This document shows positions 41,101 to 52,899 of a stretch of DNA of 64,000 nucleotides, in pieces (position 1 is the first letter of the stretch; each line of letters starts with the position of its first letter). The translations under genes were made by a program, and so were the position numbers. The stretch comes from Ptychomitrium polyphyllum (lineage: Eukaryota), in contig OZ316775.1 in NCBI GenBank assembly GCA_973851085.1, forward strand, positions 20,460,001 to 20,524,000. The letters run 5' to 3'. The notes beneath the pieces are model-generated. The model searched no databases and was not told the DNA's origin. It was given only the letters and a program-made list of their open reading frames with translations.

Positions 41101-41198
41101 AGAGATTCCAGCACAAAATAGCGTTTGTGGAAGAACGACCGCCCAATCTTGTGGCGGCCGTACCGCACCATCCACCCCTCCATGGTTGGTTTAGTCAT
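32103..41198 (-). CDS. EDR2: EDR2-like protein (PH + START + DUF1336/EDR2_C), about 20 coding exons
   Basis: MEGWMVRYGRHKIGRSFFHKRYFVL, GNCRVEDRG, MKAVGVV, WPRDLCYLRYWRRNDDGSY, IDLKGWG, GLREWF, AVDWFKD, FRNNRLKLIP, GSWIVRQSVGSTPC, DIGSSTVA and ELPERLIGAVR occur in order with splice sites. Confidence 0.95.
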
Positions 41199-41270
41199 TG
41201 TTACTAGACTAGTTTTTCGCCCCTCTCACAAGAGTTCAGCGAGGCACGCCGTGTATTCGCTTCCCATTCT
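40997..41270. repeat. Perfect 26-bp inverted repeat (40997-41022 / 41245-41270) around the first EDR2 coding segment
   Basis: AGAATGGGAAGCGAATACACGGCGTG is the exact reverse complement of CACGCCGTGTATTCGCTTCCCATTCT, with a 222-nt spacer. Confidence 0.95.
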
Positions 41271-41808
41271 CAGTTCGCTTACTAAAGCCTGAGTTCAAAC
41301 GTGCGCTACATTCTTCGATGCCATGCTGATGCGCTTGAACTTGCATGAAAGTCCCATGCAAGCTCTAGAAACCCCGCCCCCTGCGTCAAATATAAAAACC
41401 AAATCTCCACAATCAATCCTTGCCAACGAATAACCCTTCCTTTTTTATAGTGTTTGCTGAAACCAAACAACGAATGGGCTCTAGAATCACATCATTAAAC
41501 CACTCCCGCGAAACCACTCAAACGAGTGATTCGGAGCTCCTTAGAAAAAGCCTCTAGTCTGCACACAAAGATCCGATTCGAAAAGAAAATGCTCGAAATG
41601 CCAGTAACGAAAAACAATAGCCAAAGATTAAAATCGGATCCTAACCAAGCACCAGATCCGCCAAACCTAAACTCATAGAATCGAAACCACCCAACTTTCA
41701 ACCATCGGTGACAAAGGTAAGAGGGGTGGTAGAAGTGGGCAGCGTCAAGAGACCCCATACTAAGAATGTGCACCAGATCAAATAACCACGAGTAGGATTA
41801 TTACATAC

Positions 41809-42730
41809 CCACAACGTTGCAAGCAATCCAGTATGCAAACACCAAGAGTCGAAACGCCACTTCCGTTACTCTGGCGCACTTGGGTTGCTCCTGATTCACT
41901 GCAGAAAGGTGGAAGGACAGTTGCAAAACCCAGTCGCACATTGCCTTAGAGACTGCATCTTGTCTCGCCGTGAAAAACTCTTCGACCGGTGCCTGGTTTC
42001 ACATTCACCAGGACCACCAAAGTTGGATTTTACCATCGCACATCAAGGGAAGAGCTAGAATGAACAGAAATCACAGCAAGACAGCCTCTGGAGTTTGGGC
42101 CAAAGACGAATACTTAACTCCAATCAATGCTCTCACCTGCATGGCATGATCGCATCACAGAACAGATGTAATCCGCCGTTTGACAAACAAATTAGGTTTG
42201 GAGCGTGGGTTGAAGAGGCCGTGCAACCATGTCGTCTGAGAGTTTTTCGGAGGCGCCATTCACGGAAAAAGAGGATCCTCATGTCGGCACCATAACCTCC
42301 ATGGTGAACCGTCTGACGTGGAGACGCCAAGTGCGGTTTTCCAACGTCTCATTTCCACGTCTGCACATCTAAGCGGTGAGAACGAAGCTCATGACTTGGG
42401 CTTTGCATGATGCCTCTCGTGAACTTGGGTCCCAGCATGCGTCAATCATCCAACATGCAGAGGACGGGAGCTCTTCGACCATCATCGCAGACTACGCTCA
42501 CCCTCCTATGTTCCTGACATCGTCGTCTTTGGAGCGGAAAGGTTTTTCTTAACGGAGAGTTAGGAAGTGGGAGCTCAGAGCGGTTGGATACCCCATTCTT
42601 GCAGGAATCAGTTTGGCCTTGGAACGTGTACTTTACTGATGAGGACTTGGTGGCTGCTGTTGTGAAGACGAGGGGTTGCGTCTGTGCGAGGATTGAGTGC
42701 ACAAACTTAGTGTTGTTGTACATGAGCAAT
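41809..42730 (-). pseudogene. Family X copy C, directly upstream of EDR2 on the same strand
   Basis: 41864-41985 aligns with 25681-25815, and 42126-42360 aligns with 25938-26150 and 27434-27620. Peptide PVEEFFTARQDAVSKAMCDWVLQLSFHLSAVNQEQPKCARVT. Stops present upstream. Confidence 0.6.
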
Positions 42731-45439
42731 CGAGTTCAAAGTCTTAGACAAGGGAGGTTGCACATTGTCTCAACATTGTTCTATCTGCATCGACTGGATT
42801 GGTGCCCTAATCACTTGCAAACGCTATTTGCAACCATGATGAGCATCAGGCAGTTTTGAAGCAAGTTGTTTAGTCCAATTCCAGAATCCATACTATTGCT
42901 ATGAACCTAAGAAGATTGTTGTGCTACTTGGGCGTTGGATATGAGGGTCCCTTTAACCAATAAAACTCTGCGTCCGTGTAACTTTCCCTTAGCTCTTGAC
43001 AACGTTTCTCTTGATCTGTACCCATAGATCTCCCAAAATAAATCTTACACCAACATTGAACTGACAGTACTCAGGAGGTGTTATACTCAGTTTAGTCCAT
43101 TCTCGTAGCGTGATGGCGATCTCCTGCCAGTTGATAATGTCGTACGTGGTGATGCTGATGTTTGTCAGCCAGTTGCCTAGCCCTCTAACATTCGCATCTT
43201 GCGGTACGTGCTGTTCGGATTGAACTCCTTCGTGAACCACTCCTCCAGTTTCAGGGTCTTTCTTAAAGAAGTTATTCTCGCCCGCTGATTCTAACGTAGA
43301 AGTGGATCATTTTGTAGATGTTGTTTGCAAGCCCTGTGATAGTCTTTGTAACGCATCCCATGTTGTGAATGCCAAATAGCAGAACAAGTAGTAGATCTGA
43401 ACTGGAACCCAAATTAGAAGAAGCGACTATACGTGGTTTCAGTTTTCAGACACTAAACCCTAATTGCGAAGAGAGCTTTTCTGAGAGGCACATATTATGT
43501 TGTTGAGTTTTGAAAGTTTTTCTCGCTTGTATTTTTCTGGTGATGGCAGAGGCTACAATATCGACTCTTGTGTTGGATGCTGAACCTATGGACCTGCATT
43601 GAGGAGTAGAACTCGATTTAGAAGGAGTCCATAACTCGCTTGGATGGCCAAAACTGAGATTATGCTGCCGTTGGTCCGTGCTAGGCAGGCCGAGTAGCGG
43701 GTTCAAATTCTCAGTACTTGGCTTGAAAGCAAATGCTCTTAAGAAACGGCCTAACGTTCAGTGTAGTGAGAAATACTACTGGTCTGTTATGATACTCCTT
43801 ATTCTCTATTCTGTCATTGTATTGATTTGTTGCATCTAAGCACTCTATTCTGGTGCAGACCCCTCACACACGTTGTCCTTTACTCCTCAATTTACCGTAA
43901 AGCGTCTGCTTGTTTGCAATAAATATCAGACCCCTCCAGTGATTTTGGAGAATCAACTTGCAGGAGTTTTAACGAGCTGCATGCATGTAATGCAATGGCT
44001 CGAATAGGGTCACGGCAGGGACCTTGAAGAGTATGGTTGTGGAGTTTGTTTCGAACACTTCACAGCAATGCTATCCGACCGCTTGGTGACAACAAAGTCA
44101 CATATCAACATCAAGTCAAGGCTACAACATGAGGCTGCTCACAAATGCGGTAAATATCATCAGAACTTCCATACTCATTAATGAACTCTTGCCTAAAATA
44201 TACATGCACTCTTGATAACATGTCGACAGATGTTTTCAGCGTTGAACTTCATGCGTGTCATTTCATTTCAGAAAGTTGTGTTCTGATTTTCTAACAACTT
44301 ATACATCTACATGAATTGTACATGGACACAAGGAGTGCTCTGACGCTCACTTATAGAGAAACAGAGTCTGTTTAGAGTAAATTGATTCACATACCATGTA
44401 GGATTTTCACTCCTGAGCATGGGGGCTAACCTGAGGGGATTCTTCATGGACAGAGAAGGAACTACTGCCGGCTTCGGAGATGACAACCATGCTCTCGCCC
44501 TTGGGCAGAGACCAGTCATAGCTATGGATGAGGTTGGCCAGCATCACAAATTTTATTTGTCAGATTATATTGCGGACACTTGCGCGACCTGTCCCGACTG
44601 GAATTTATTAGGACCCGGAAGCTGACAATGATTCACCTTGAGATGACGATTCAGGAACTGTCCGCGTAGAACTCACCAGGATTTTCATACACGGTGCGGT
44701 CCCTGTGAATAGATGCCGAGCTTGCTTCGCTTTGTCTGCATTTCGCAAACCCACGGGGATGGTGCTCCAAGCATGAACATCTTGCATCGCCATGGCATCA
44801 TCTTCTGGTTATGATGGTTCCACCGGCCAGTTTGTCCTCCTGGTCTCAATTTTGAGAATTTTCTGCGGGACATTGCTCTATGCGAATTCCTTTTCAAAAG
44901 TTATGGTTCCTAGCCGTTGCATCAATATTCGCACTCACAGTACATTCTCTTCTTTGTGCAAACTTCTTTAGTATATGTGTAAGCAAGCAGCTTACTTGTA
45001 AGTTCCCAAGATAGCGCCTGGTGAGCCTGCTGCCTCACACCTCATGTAACAGAATCTGCAAAAGGTATAACACATTCTCCATGATTTCGGTCTGTCAAAC
45101 GTCGTACACACAATCACTCATCATTCCAACCCACTTATCCATTGCAACTGGGTGAGAAAGAAAACATCGATACAGAATAGACATCCCATCAAACCGCTCG
45201 ATGCTCTCATCATTCCAACCAAGCTGCAGTTACTGTCCACCTACCCCATACTCCAGACACTCATAAAGAGGAATGCTGTCCGTTGCAAAAGCAGCCCTGA
45301 GGCATGCACTCGCCCAAATTCAAAGCATAAACTTGAATGTCTGAAAATCCTTTGCCTCAGTAACTCCACGTCCACCTCACAAGAGAGGCGAACACCTAAA
45401 GGCGTCGCCGAACCCAAAAAACCGACCTGTTATCGACGC

Positions 45440-46205
45440 ACACTCTATTTCATGAAGTCTTCAGGTGGTGTAGATTATATCGGATCTGAATACAGTGAAG
45501 GTCCGTCTCCGTATCGCAATCTGATGAGCACCATTATCAACGCCCCCTCTAGATTCAGGAAGTGAAACTAATGCTTATTAGATAATGGGTCTGGATTTAG
45601 ATGTAGTGATGGTTTTTTGGATGTTGGCCCTCCTTCGACCAGTGGAGGTGCTTGTAAGGCAGCGTTGTCGTGAATGAAGAACGGAGCTTCATCCATCTGC
45701 CGTCAGAGGGGAGCCTGACAGAGGAGATGCCTTGCTTTGGCTTCGCTTTAGCTGCATTTTGCAAGTGCATGGCGATGGTGCTGCAAGCATGACCATCCCA
45801 AATCAACATGGCACCAGGGCGGCGCATGATCAATGCTATGTTTCTATCTGTTCCGGCATTCCAACGGATGTCATCTCGTGAATCGGGTCCCAGAGAAGCC
45901 ACAGTTGACAGCATCTGTACAGTGTTGACGACGTTGTATGTTTGAGTGTCAGTAGGTACTCTTTCATGGTTTGCACACAACGAAGCGATTAGGAGTTGGA
46001 GTGACCCAGTTTGAGCGGTAGTTTTCTGTAAAGAACAGCTCTTGAGCTTGAGCTTGCTGTTGAGGTTCTTGGACCTTGTTTGAGATGTTGGGGTTGAAGT
46101 CGTTGGAGCTGAGAGTGAACTTAGGGTGGTTGCATTTCCGTTGAGGATTGAGAGTAAGAAGACTGTTGAGAGAGGGATTTTAGGGGACGACCTGGAGCGG
46201 GTCAC
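45440..46205 (-). other. Family X copy D (more diverged; 202-codon open frame 45597-46205), head-to-head with NPSN copy 2
   Basis: GCATGATCAATGCTATG...TTCCGGCATTCC (about 45824) resembles GTATGATCACCGTCATG...GCCAGCATTCC (about 27651). GGTTGCATTTCCGTTGAGGATTGAG resembles 42674-42697. The frame has no ATG near its 5' end. Confidence 0.4.
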
Positions 46206-46243
46206 CTGTGAGGTGTAATTGGATTTAAGGGAAGGTTGCAGCT

Positions 46244-49115
46244 ATGGCTTCGGTCGTGCCGCCTCAGCTGGCGAGCCTTGAGAAAGAAGTGCGCGATATC
46301 TTCAAGCTCCTTTCGTGAGTATTGTTTGGCTTTACCTGCTCTGTTTTGGAGAAGTGTCCTAAATGGCCTATGTGATTCTGCCCCCTCAATCTATGTGTAC
46401 TCGATGACTGTGTGTTTACATTGCAGCTTCTGACATGTTTTGAGTGCAAGATTGCGTAATGTAGTCATTTGGTTAGAAACTGCACATTTGGATCGGTTTC
46501 AAGATCATTTAAACGATCCGTGTGTTGCAAGATTAGCTAAGAATGCAGTCGGTTACATTTTCATAACATGTGAAGCCGCTCTTGTGGCGGTCCATGGGGT
46601 TATGGTCTCAGAATTAAAGTTTAGGTCGTCATTAGTACTGCAGCTTAAATTGACTATAAGCTGTAATCTTTCTGGGTCAGTTTGATTTTTTGTTTAAAGT
46701 CAATGTGGTTTGCAACTATCGGCATTCTAAGCTTTTTGTGAACCCAACCTCATTGTGAACATAATCTCATTTTAGAATTGAGCATACACGATTAAAGAAA
46801 TTAGAGATGGTTCTTTCGGGTCTGTGGTTGCGATATTCTGATCCAAGTGTAAGTCATTGAACGATCAATTGTGTGTTGGCAGGACTGGTTTTCAACGATT
46901 AGACAAGATCAAAGATGTGGGGAGGCAAAGCAAGCAGCTGGAGGAGCTCACTGCCAAGATGAGAGAGGCTAAGAGGTGTGTTCCTCTTCGCTTCCTTGTG
47001 ATGTCGTTTGTATTATCAATCCTATGCACTAGCAGCTTTGTGTTCTTTATTTTTTCCTGAGCTCTAAGTGCATGTCAGAGGCTGTCCCACCTTATAGTCA
47101 CTCATGTTTTCGTTGCTCTTCTCCTCATCTGATTTGTATGTCAATGTCTGTAAGCTCTGTTGCAGTGTATGAGATAAGAGTCAGAATTAAGTATTGCTAT
47201 TCCGATTGATTTTCACAGAATGATTAAGGAGTTTGATAGAGAAATCAAGGAAGAAGAAGGCAGAGCAACTCCGGAGACATCCAAGCTGCTGACTGAGAAA
47301 AAACAATCCCTAGTAAGCATTGCGTCAATGATCACTAGATTTTGGGTAACGGATGCCCTCTATGCAGTCTTGCTGCCGTTGCATAAGAGATAGGTAAATC
47401 TTACTCGCAAATCTTTTATTCACAGATCAAGGAGCTCAACTCGTACGTTGCGTTGAGAAAGACTTACACAAGCTCAATAGGGAACAAACAAGAACTTCTT
47501 GATGGAGGCTCTTTTTCTGGACCAGGGCGTGATGTTGATGTTCGCGTTGCCTCGAGTTAGTTTTCGCAACTGATGTAGTGCTCTCTGTCTGTATTCATAT
47601 GCAGATTTGTATTTCAAGATTCAGATTCCTTTCTTTTTATTCACTTTCTGCTTGAATTTATTATGCTTTTAAGTTTCTTCATTTTTTACTGAAATGCTGT
47701 CATTATCTTGACGATTGTCACGTTGTCGTGCGTCTGCAGCCATGTCGAATCAAGAACTACTTGAAACTGGAAAGAAGCAGATGGATGAAACCGACCAGAC
47801 AATTGAAAGATCTAAAAAGGTTGTTACATCATTCAGAACTCTCCTCCCTTTATGAAGCAAAGTTGAATGCAGTATGTGAATTACTGTGTTCAATTATGAT
47901 CCTTTTACTTGTGAATACAGGTTCTGAGGTATTAGACTTGTCATTTAATTAATTTGGTCGATACAGGTCGTGGAAGATACCATCAGCATTGGTGCAGAAA
48001 CAACCTCAGCTTTGAAAGGACAAGTATGCCTTACTATACTGTGCCAACTCTTTCAATTTCTCCAATTACTGTAGACGTCCTTCGTCATCACTGTGCGGCG
48101 CTCTGGTGAAGTGCAAATAGTTTCCAAGTTTTGAGTAGTGTCATGAAACAGTGAAGGACTAGATCCAAGCTACAAAGTCAATATATTCTGTCGATTCTTG
48201 TGCCAAATGTGTTTATCATACTTTCTGCAGACGGAGCAGCTGAGCAGGATAAACAATGAGATGGATACACTGCAGTTCTCACTGAAAAAAGCTTCACGGC
48301 TAGTGAAAGAGATTAGTCGACAGGTTCGGCTAATTATGTTAATCTTCTTTACAAGATGCTTTTGAAATGATTTCACTCTACGTTTTTAATGAATTATTGC
48401 ATAGTTTAGTTCCAGTGAACTGTGTCTGCTTCATACCCAAGATTGTTCATCTTCTAAATGACGCACCATCATATATGTTTCATATCTGAATATCAAACTT
48501 TCTAGGTCCTGCAGCAACCTGAGTTTGTCAATTTAGCACTCACATGGTTCTAACATCGAAGCTTATGCATTGCAGATTGCAACAGATCGATGTATCATGT
48601 TCTTCCTGTTTCTCATAATTGTTGGTATTATCGCAATCATAATTGTCAAAGTATATTTTCCATGAACCCATTTTCGTATTACTGTAACTTGCACACCTGC
48701 TACACGCAGATTTTAAATGATTCTCTGCACCTGCAATTGTTGTCATGAAATTAGCAGGGTTTCTCATAACCGGGCGAGTTGCTTCTCAGTGCTTAGTAGT
48801 CAAATTGTAGGAGAAAGTTTTTTGTGAATATACCTCAATGTTTCTGCATAGATACTTGCCTGAATCTATGTACTGTATCTATGCCTGTATCTATGTCTCA
48901 GTGCTTCTCAGTGCTTGTCTTTATGTCTGTTATTCATGATGGCTGATGTTGTTCTAAGATGTTAAACTCATCAGCCTAGTGTCGTAATTTCTTACATTGT
49001 GGTTCCTTGACCTTTCCAGCTTGTTCATCCGAACAACAAAGACACACGCGTGCCTGGTTTAACACCCCCAGCTGGCAGGCGTCGCTTACTGCTATCATTA
49101 TCGGACCTCAATTGA
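46244..49115 (+). CDS. NPSN: Novel plant SNARE (Qb), copy 2; 9 exons (46244-46314, 46883-46975, 47219-47312, 47426-47555, 47740-47819, 47967-48023, 48231-48323, 48576-48650, 49020-49115)
   Basis: Same exon structure as copy 1: QLEELTAKMREAKR, IKELNSYVALRK, SNQEL...MDETDQTIERSKK, LKKASRLVKEISRQ|IATDRCIM followed by a TM helix, and HPNNKD..PGLTPP. Confidence 0.95.
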
Positions 49116-50593
49116 ACGACTTCGAATTGGAGCTTCCTCAGCTTGTCCACTCCCATCGACATGTTTTCTTGGACAGCCCTTCAGGCTAAAGCATCCTTCA
49201 TCTCCTAAATTTCACTTTTGAGCGAAATCTGATTCTCATTGGAAACATAGCTCAACATCAATTTTGTAAAATACAGGGGCCAGTTAGTAAAGTTTTCTTG
49301 CATTAGAAATAGATAAATCTGGGAACTTTTAACTTCGTCAAAGAGGCTTATCTGTTGTTCTAGATGCAGTATGTTGCTTCTGCACGCAGAGCCAAACTTC
49401 TCATCTAATCACCAGTTTGAGCTACAGTGTTCCAGTTGATGTTACGAAGTATGACATGTCCAAGTGTGCTATGAAACAGCTACAGTTTTTCATCGTTCAA
49501 TTGTGAGAAAAAACGTCGTATGATTTGACGTCTATATGAATCCAAAACCTGACCACCACTCAAGGTCGTCCGGTGTTCACAAGAATGCAGAGGGTCACGT
49601 GTAAACGTAATGTCGAACTTGCAAAGGCCCACCCAGTAGCATCCGCTGTGGTCTGACGAAAGGGAAGAAAAATTCTGATCGCGTACTATCATATAGTGTA
49701 ACCCATTGCGACGCACTGAAGAGGAAAGGCAGTGATGCAGTTTGCAATGCAAGCTGAGTACCCTTCGCAGGAACTCATTCGTCTTCCAGAGTCACCACGC
49801 AGTTTTTAAGATCTCATACTTCCTAGGGTTGGATGCATACCATCACCATCACATATGAGCTCCGCCAATGAGCCTGACTGTAAGCTGCCTAAGTTGCCCA
49901 CCTTCCTGGTTTTAGAATTCATTGCTCAGTGCTCATCAGTTCCGAGTGAATCTCGCCCAGCAATTTCGCAGTTCCGGTCCTGGGATTACTTTTCGGAGAA
50001 GGTTGGAATCCTTTTATTCGCCTTCAAGGGCATCGAGCTTCGGAAGTGTTGCCAGGGAAGCTGTAAAATCTGTAAGATATTTCCATCCCTTTCCGTTTGC
50101 ATTGTGTTCGTTTCTGGTAAGGAGTCCAACGGGTTGAGTCAGATTCTAGCTTGAAGAAAAACCAACTGACCAAGGATTCTTGGCGTGGCATTGCTCCGTT
50201 TTGAAATGGTTTTAGTTTAGGGTTTCAGTTGAATGTGTTGAAAGTTTCTTGGAGAACTGCCGAGCTTTTATTGGATTCTTCCGTCGATGGCAGAAACGAT
50301 AAAATGTTGGCTCATGTGCTGGATGCTGAACCTGTGAACTTGGATTGAGTAATAGGCAGATAGGTTGCTTCCCTCTTAGAGTTTGCTCCACACTATCACT
50401 CACACATGAGCGCAGTCCACACCAGGATCCCGTAATCCATGCGCCTCCTTGCATTCCACGTCCATTGCAGAGAGACCGTTCTGGGGATAGAGCGCGCACA
50501 CAAAAACAGATTTACAATCTCGGATATTCGTCCTTCAACGTGCCTCTGCATTCCGGACTTTGAGCTAGGGTTTTGCATTCGGGAGGCGCGAGG

Positions 50594-51178
50594 ATGGCGA
50601 AGTGGAGCGCCATGGACCCGCTGGCAGCTTTGTCTTCAGGAGAGTCGTCCTCGGACGACGAAGGCGCCGACGAGAGTGAGCCGGCGTCGGGAAGTCGAAA
50701 AGTGGAGTCAGTAGAAGAACAGGGAGAGGCAGAAGAGAGGACGAAATTAGATGGAGAGTCGGAGAAGAAGAAGAAAGCAGGGGGTTTGGACTACGAGGCG
50801 TTGAGTCGCCATGGCTACGCAGGCGGCCTGTCCATCATGAACGTACCGGCGCCGACGCAGGAAGCGGGTGACCAAGACTGGTCGTGGTCATCCGGAAAGC
50901 GCAAAGGTGACGCAGAAGAGGAATCCATTGAGCTGCGAGAGCGCACGCGCGAGGCCATCGGTGAGGAGGCGGAACTGGCAGCCGCGAGAGCCGTGGCCGC
51001 ATACAACTTCACAAAGAAGCAGAAGAAGGACGCCATAGCGGAGCAGAAGGCGGTCTCGTTTTCGCAGAAGGAGAAGCGGAAGCGCGAGATGGGGCAAGCC
51101 AGCCGCGGCAAGAACTACGTCGAGGAGGAGAAACGGCTGCTTCGTGACTCAGGAGTGTACTCTGGATTTGACACATAG
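50594..51178 (+). CDS. Conserved small charged protein, UPF0690/C1orf52-like (intronless, 194 aa from ATG 50594)
   Basis: GC-rich ORF with LDYEALSRHGY.GG, DWSWSSGK and C-terminal SFSQKEKRKR..GQASRGKNYVEEEKRLLR.SG.YSGFD, recognised from memory as a conserved eukaryotic family. Confidence 0.85.
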   Translation: MAKWSAMDPLAALSSGESSSDDEGADESEPASGSRKVESVEEQGEAEERTKLDGESEKKKKAGGLDYEALSRHGYAGGLSIMNVPAPTQEAGDQDWSWSSGKRKGDAEEESIELRERTREAIGEEAELAAARAVAAYNFTKKQKKDAIAEQKAVSFSQKEKRKREMGQASRGKNYVEEEKRLLRDSGVYSGFDT

Positions 51179-51332
51179 AATAGAAATCTCTTCCTGTGGT
51201 CGCCGGGGCCATGTCAGGGTCCCCATGTTGCGTTTTTGTAGATATGAATAATGCAATGACTTTAGTGTAGATTTGCTGTTGCTGCTGCAGTGGTGATGTT
51301 GTGCAATTGCAAGTGAAGTTAACTGCAATTGA

Positions 51333-52405
51333 AGAATCTCAGGCTCCCTTGTAACTGTGAGTCTGCAACAGACTCGTCACCATTCTCTTAGCTTCTGGTA
51401 AGCGAGTTAGTGGTTTGGCACTCCTCTGTGATCCCTCTATTCTTTTCAAGCTGCAAGCTCAGTGAATTATTTTCGAGCTTTTCGACATGAGCGTAGCATC
51501 TGGTAATGACAAGGATCCTGAGAGACGATAGCAGAGAGTGTAGTGACGATTGATAGAGTCCTGTAGACTGCAGGATAGGTGTTTACTGCTGTGGCGATGA
51601 TCATGTTGCAGCCGATGCATCATCATCTACGCGAATTATGAGCAAGAGGAAGCAGAAGTACAGACTCACTCTTTCAAGAGGTCATGTACGTGCATGCTTC
51701 TGCTCCGCTCACAGGTAGTATTGGACTATAAAACGATGAGACTAAACGCCTCGTAGTCCAACCCCCCTGCAAAGAACGAAGATCAACTCCACTCCAGTAT
51801 ATTAAAGCCCTTAATAAGTAATTAATGAGGATTGGAGATGCCAAAGTCGTTGATAGAGCAGAGCACATAGACATCACCGGAAAACCTGCGACACAGAAAC
51901 GTCGATGGATCCCAAGATCCGCACCGTGGCTTTCAAAACCGTTCGAAATTCAATAATTTCAGCTCTAGATTAATCGTGTTCGTAGAATCGAATCGCCTCT
52001 GCACGCAAGCAGGAGAGATTCGCACAGGAATGCGACCAATGAGGCAAGTCTGGTGATTGAAAAAGCATTGGTTGTCTTCCATGCATCGGCTCCAGGTCAA
52101 GTTTACTTGCAAATCATGTTTTCGTCAGCTTTGTTCTCACTTTGTCACGCCCTGCCATAGCCACCCACCTGTCCCGCCGTGCATGTGAGGAGCTCTAAGT
52201 TGGGTCTATCTGGAGAATCTCAGGCTGCCTCGTAACTGTGAATCTGCAACAGATTCATGAGCTCTCTCTTAGCTTCTGGGTTAGTGAGCTTGGTGGTGTG
52301 GTAGTTCTCTTTGTCGTCTTCCTATTCTTGTTTAAGTAATTCTTTTTGAGCTTTTCGACATGAGCGTAGCACAGGGTGGTGATGACAGGGAAACCTGAGA
52401 GACGA
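51333..52405 (+). repeat. Diverged direct repeat of about 195 bp (51333-51528 and 52214-52405)
   Basis: Shared blocks AGAATCTCAGGCT, GTAACTGTGA.TCTGCAACAGA, CTCTTAGCTTCTGG, GAGCTTTTCGACATGAGCGTAGCA and CCTGAGAGACGA. Confidence 0.9.
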
Positions 52406-52899
52406 AGTAATCATTGTTAGTGTTCTTTTCTGTGAGTGTTTAGAGTCGGAGAATGGAGAGGATGAGCGCCGCCTTGCAGTTAAGGCACTCAACCGCGTTG
52501 ATCGCCAAATCGTCGCACAAATTCGTCTCGTCTGGATACACGTTCAGAGTGTGGTGTGCGGCTCGAGTGCCGAAACATGAAGAAGTCCGGAGCAAGAATT
52601 GGGGTCCAAGAAATGGTAGAACAGAGAACGAAGTGGAGGCCAGATTGTCGTTACGGAAGCGAAGGGAGAAGAATTGCGGGCGGAGGTGGGTGTTGGCTGT
52701 CATGGCGTGGCCTCTGCTTATCAAGCACTCCGTGACTTTGGTATAAATTATCTGCCCTCTTTTGACCTAATTTTCGAGATGCATTGTCTTGCGATTCTTT
52801 GAGACTAATTTAACCTGGAAAGACACGTTCGTATCAGCATTTGATAATGTTTTCTTTCTGCTGGATCCTTTTTGCTACCCAGTGTCTGCACCCCTAAGT

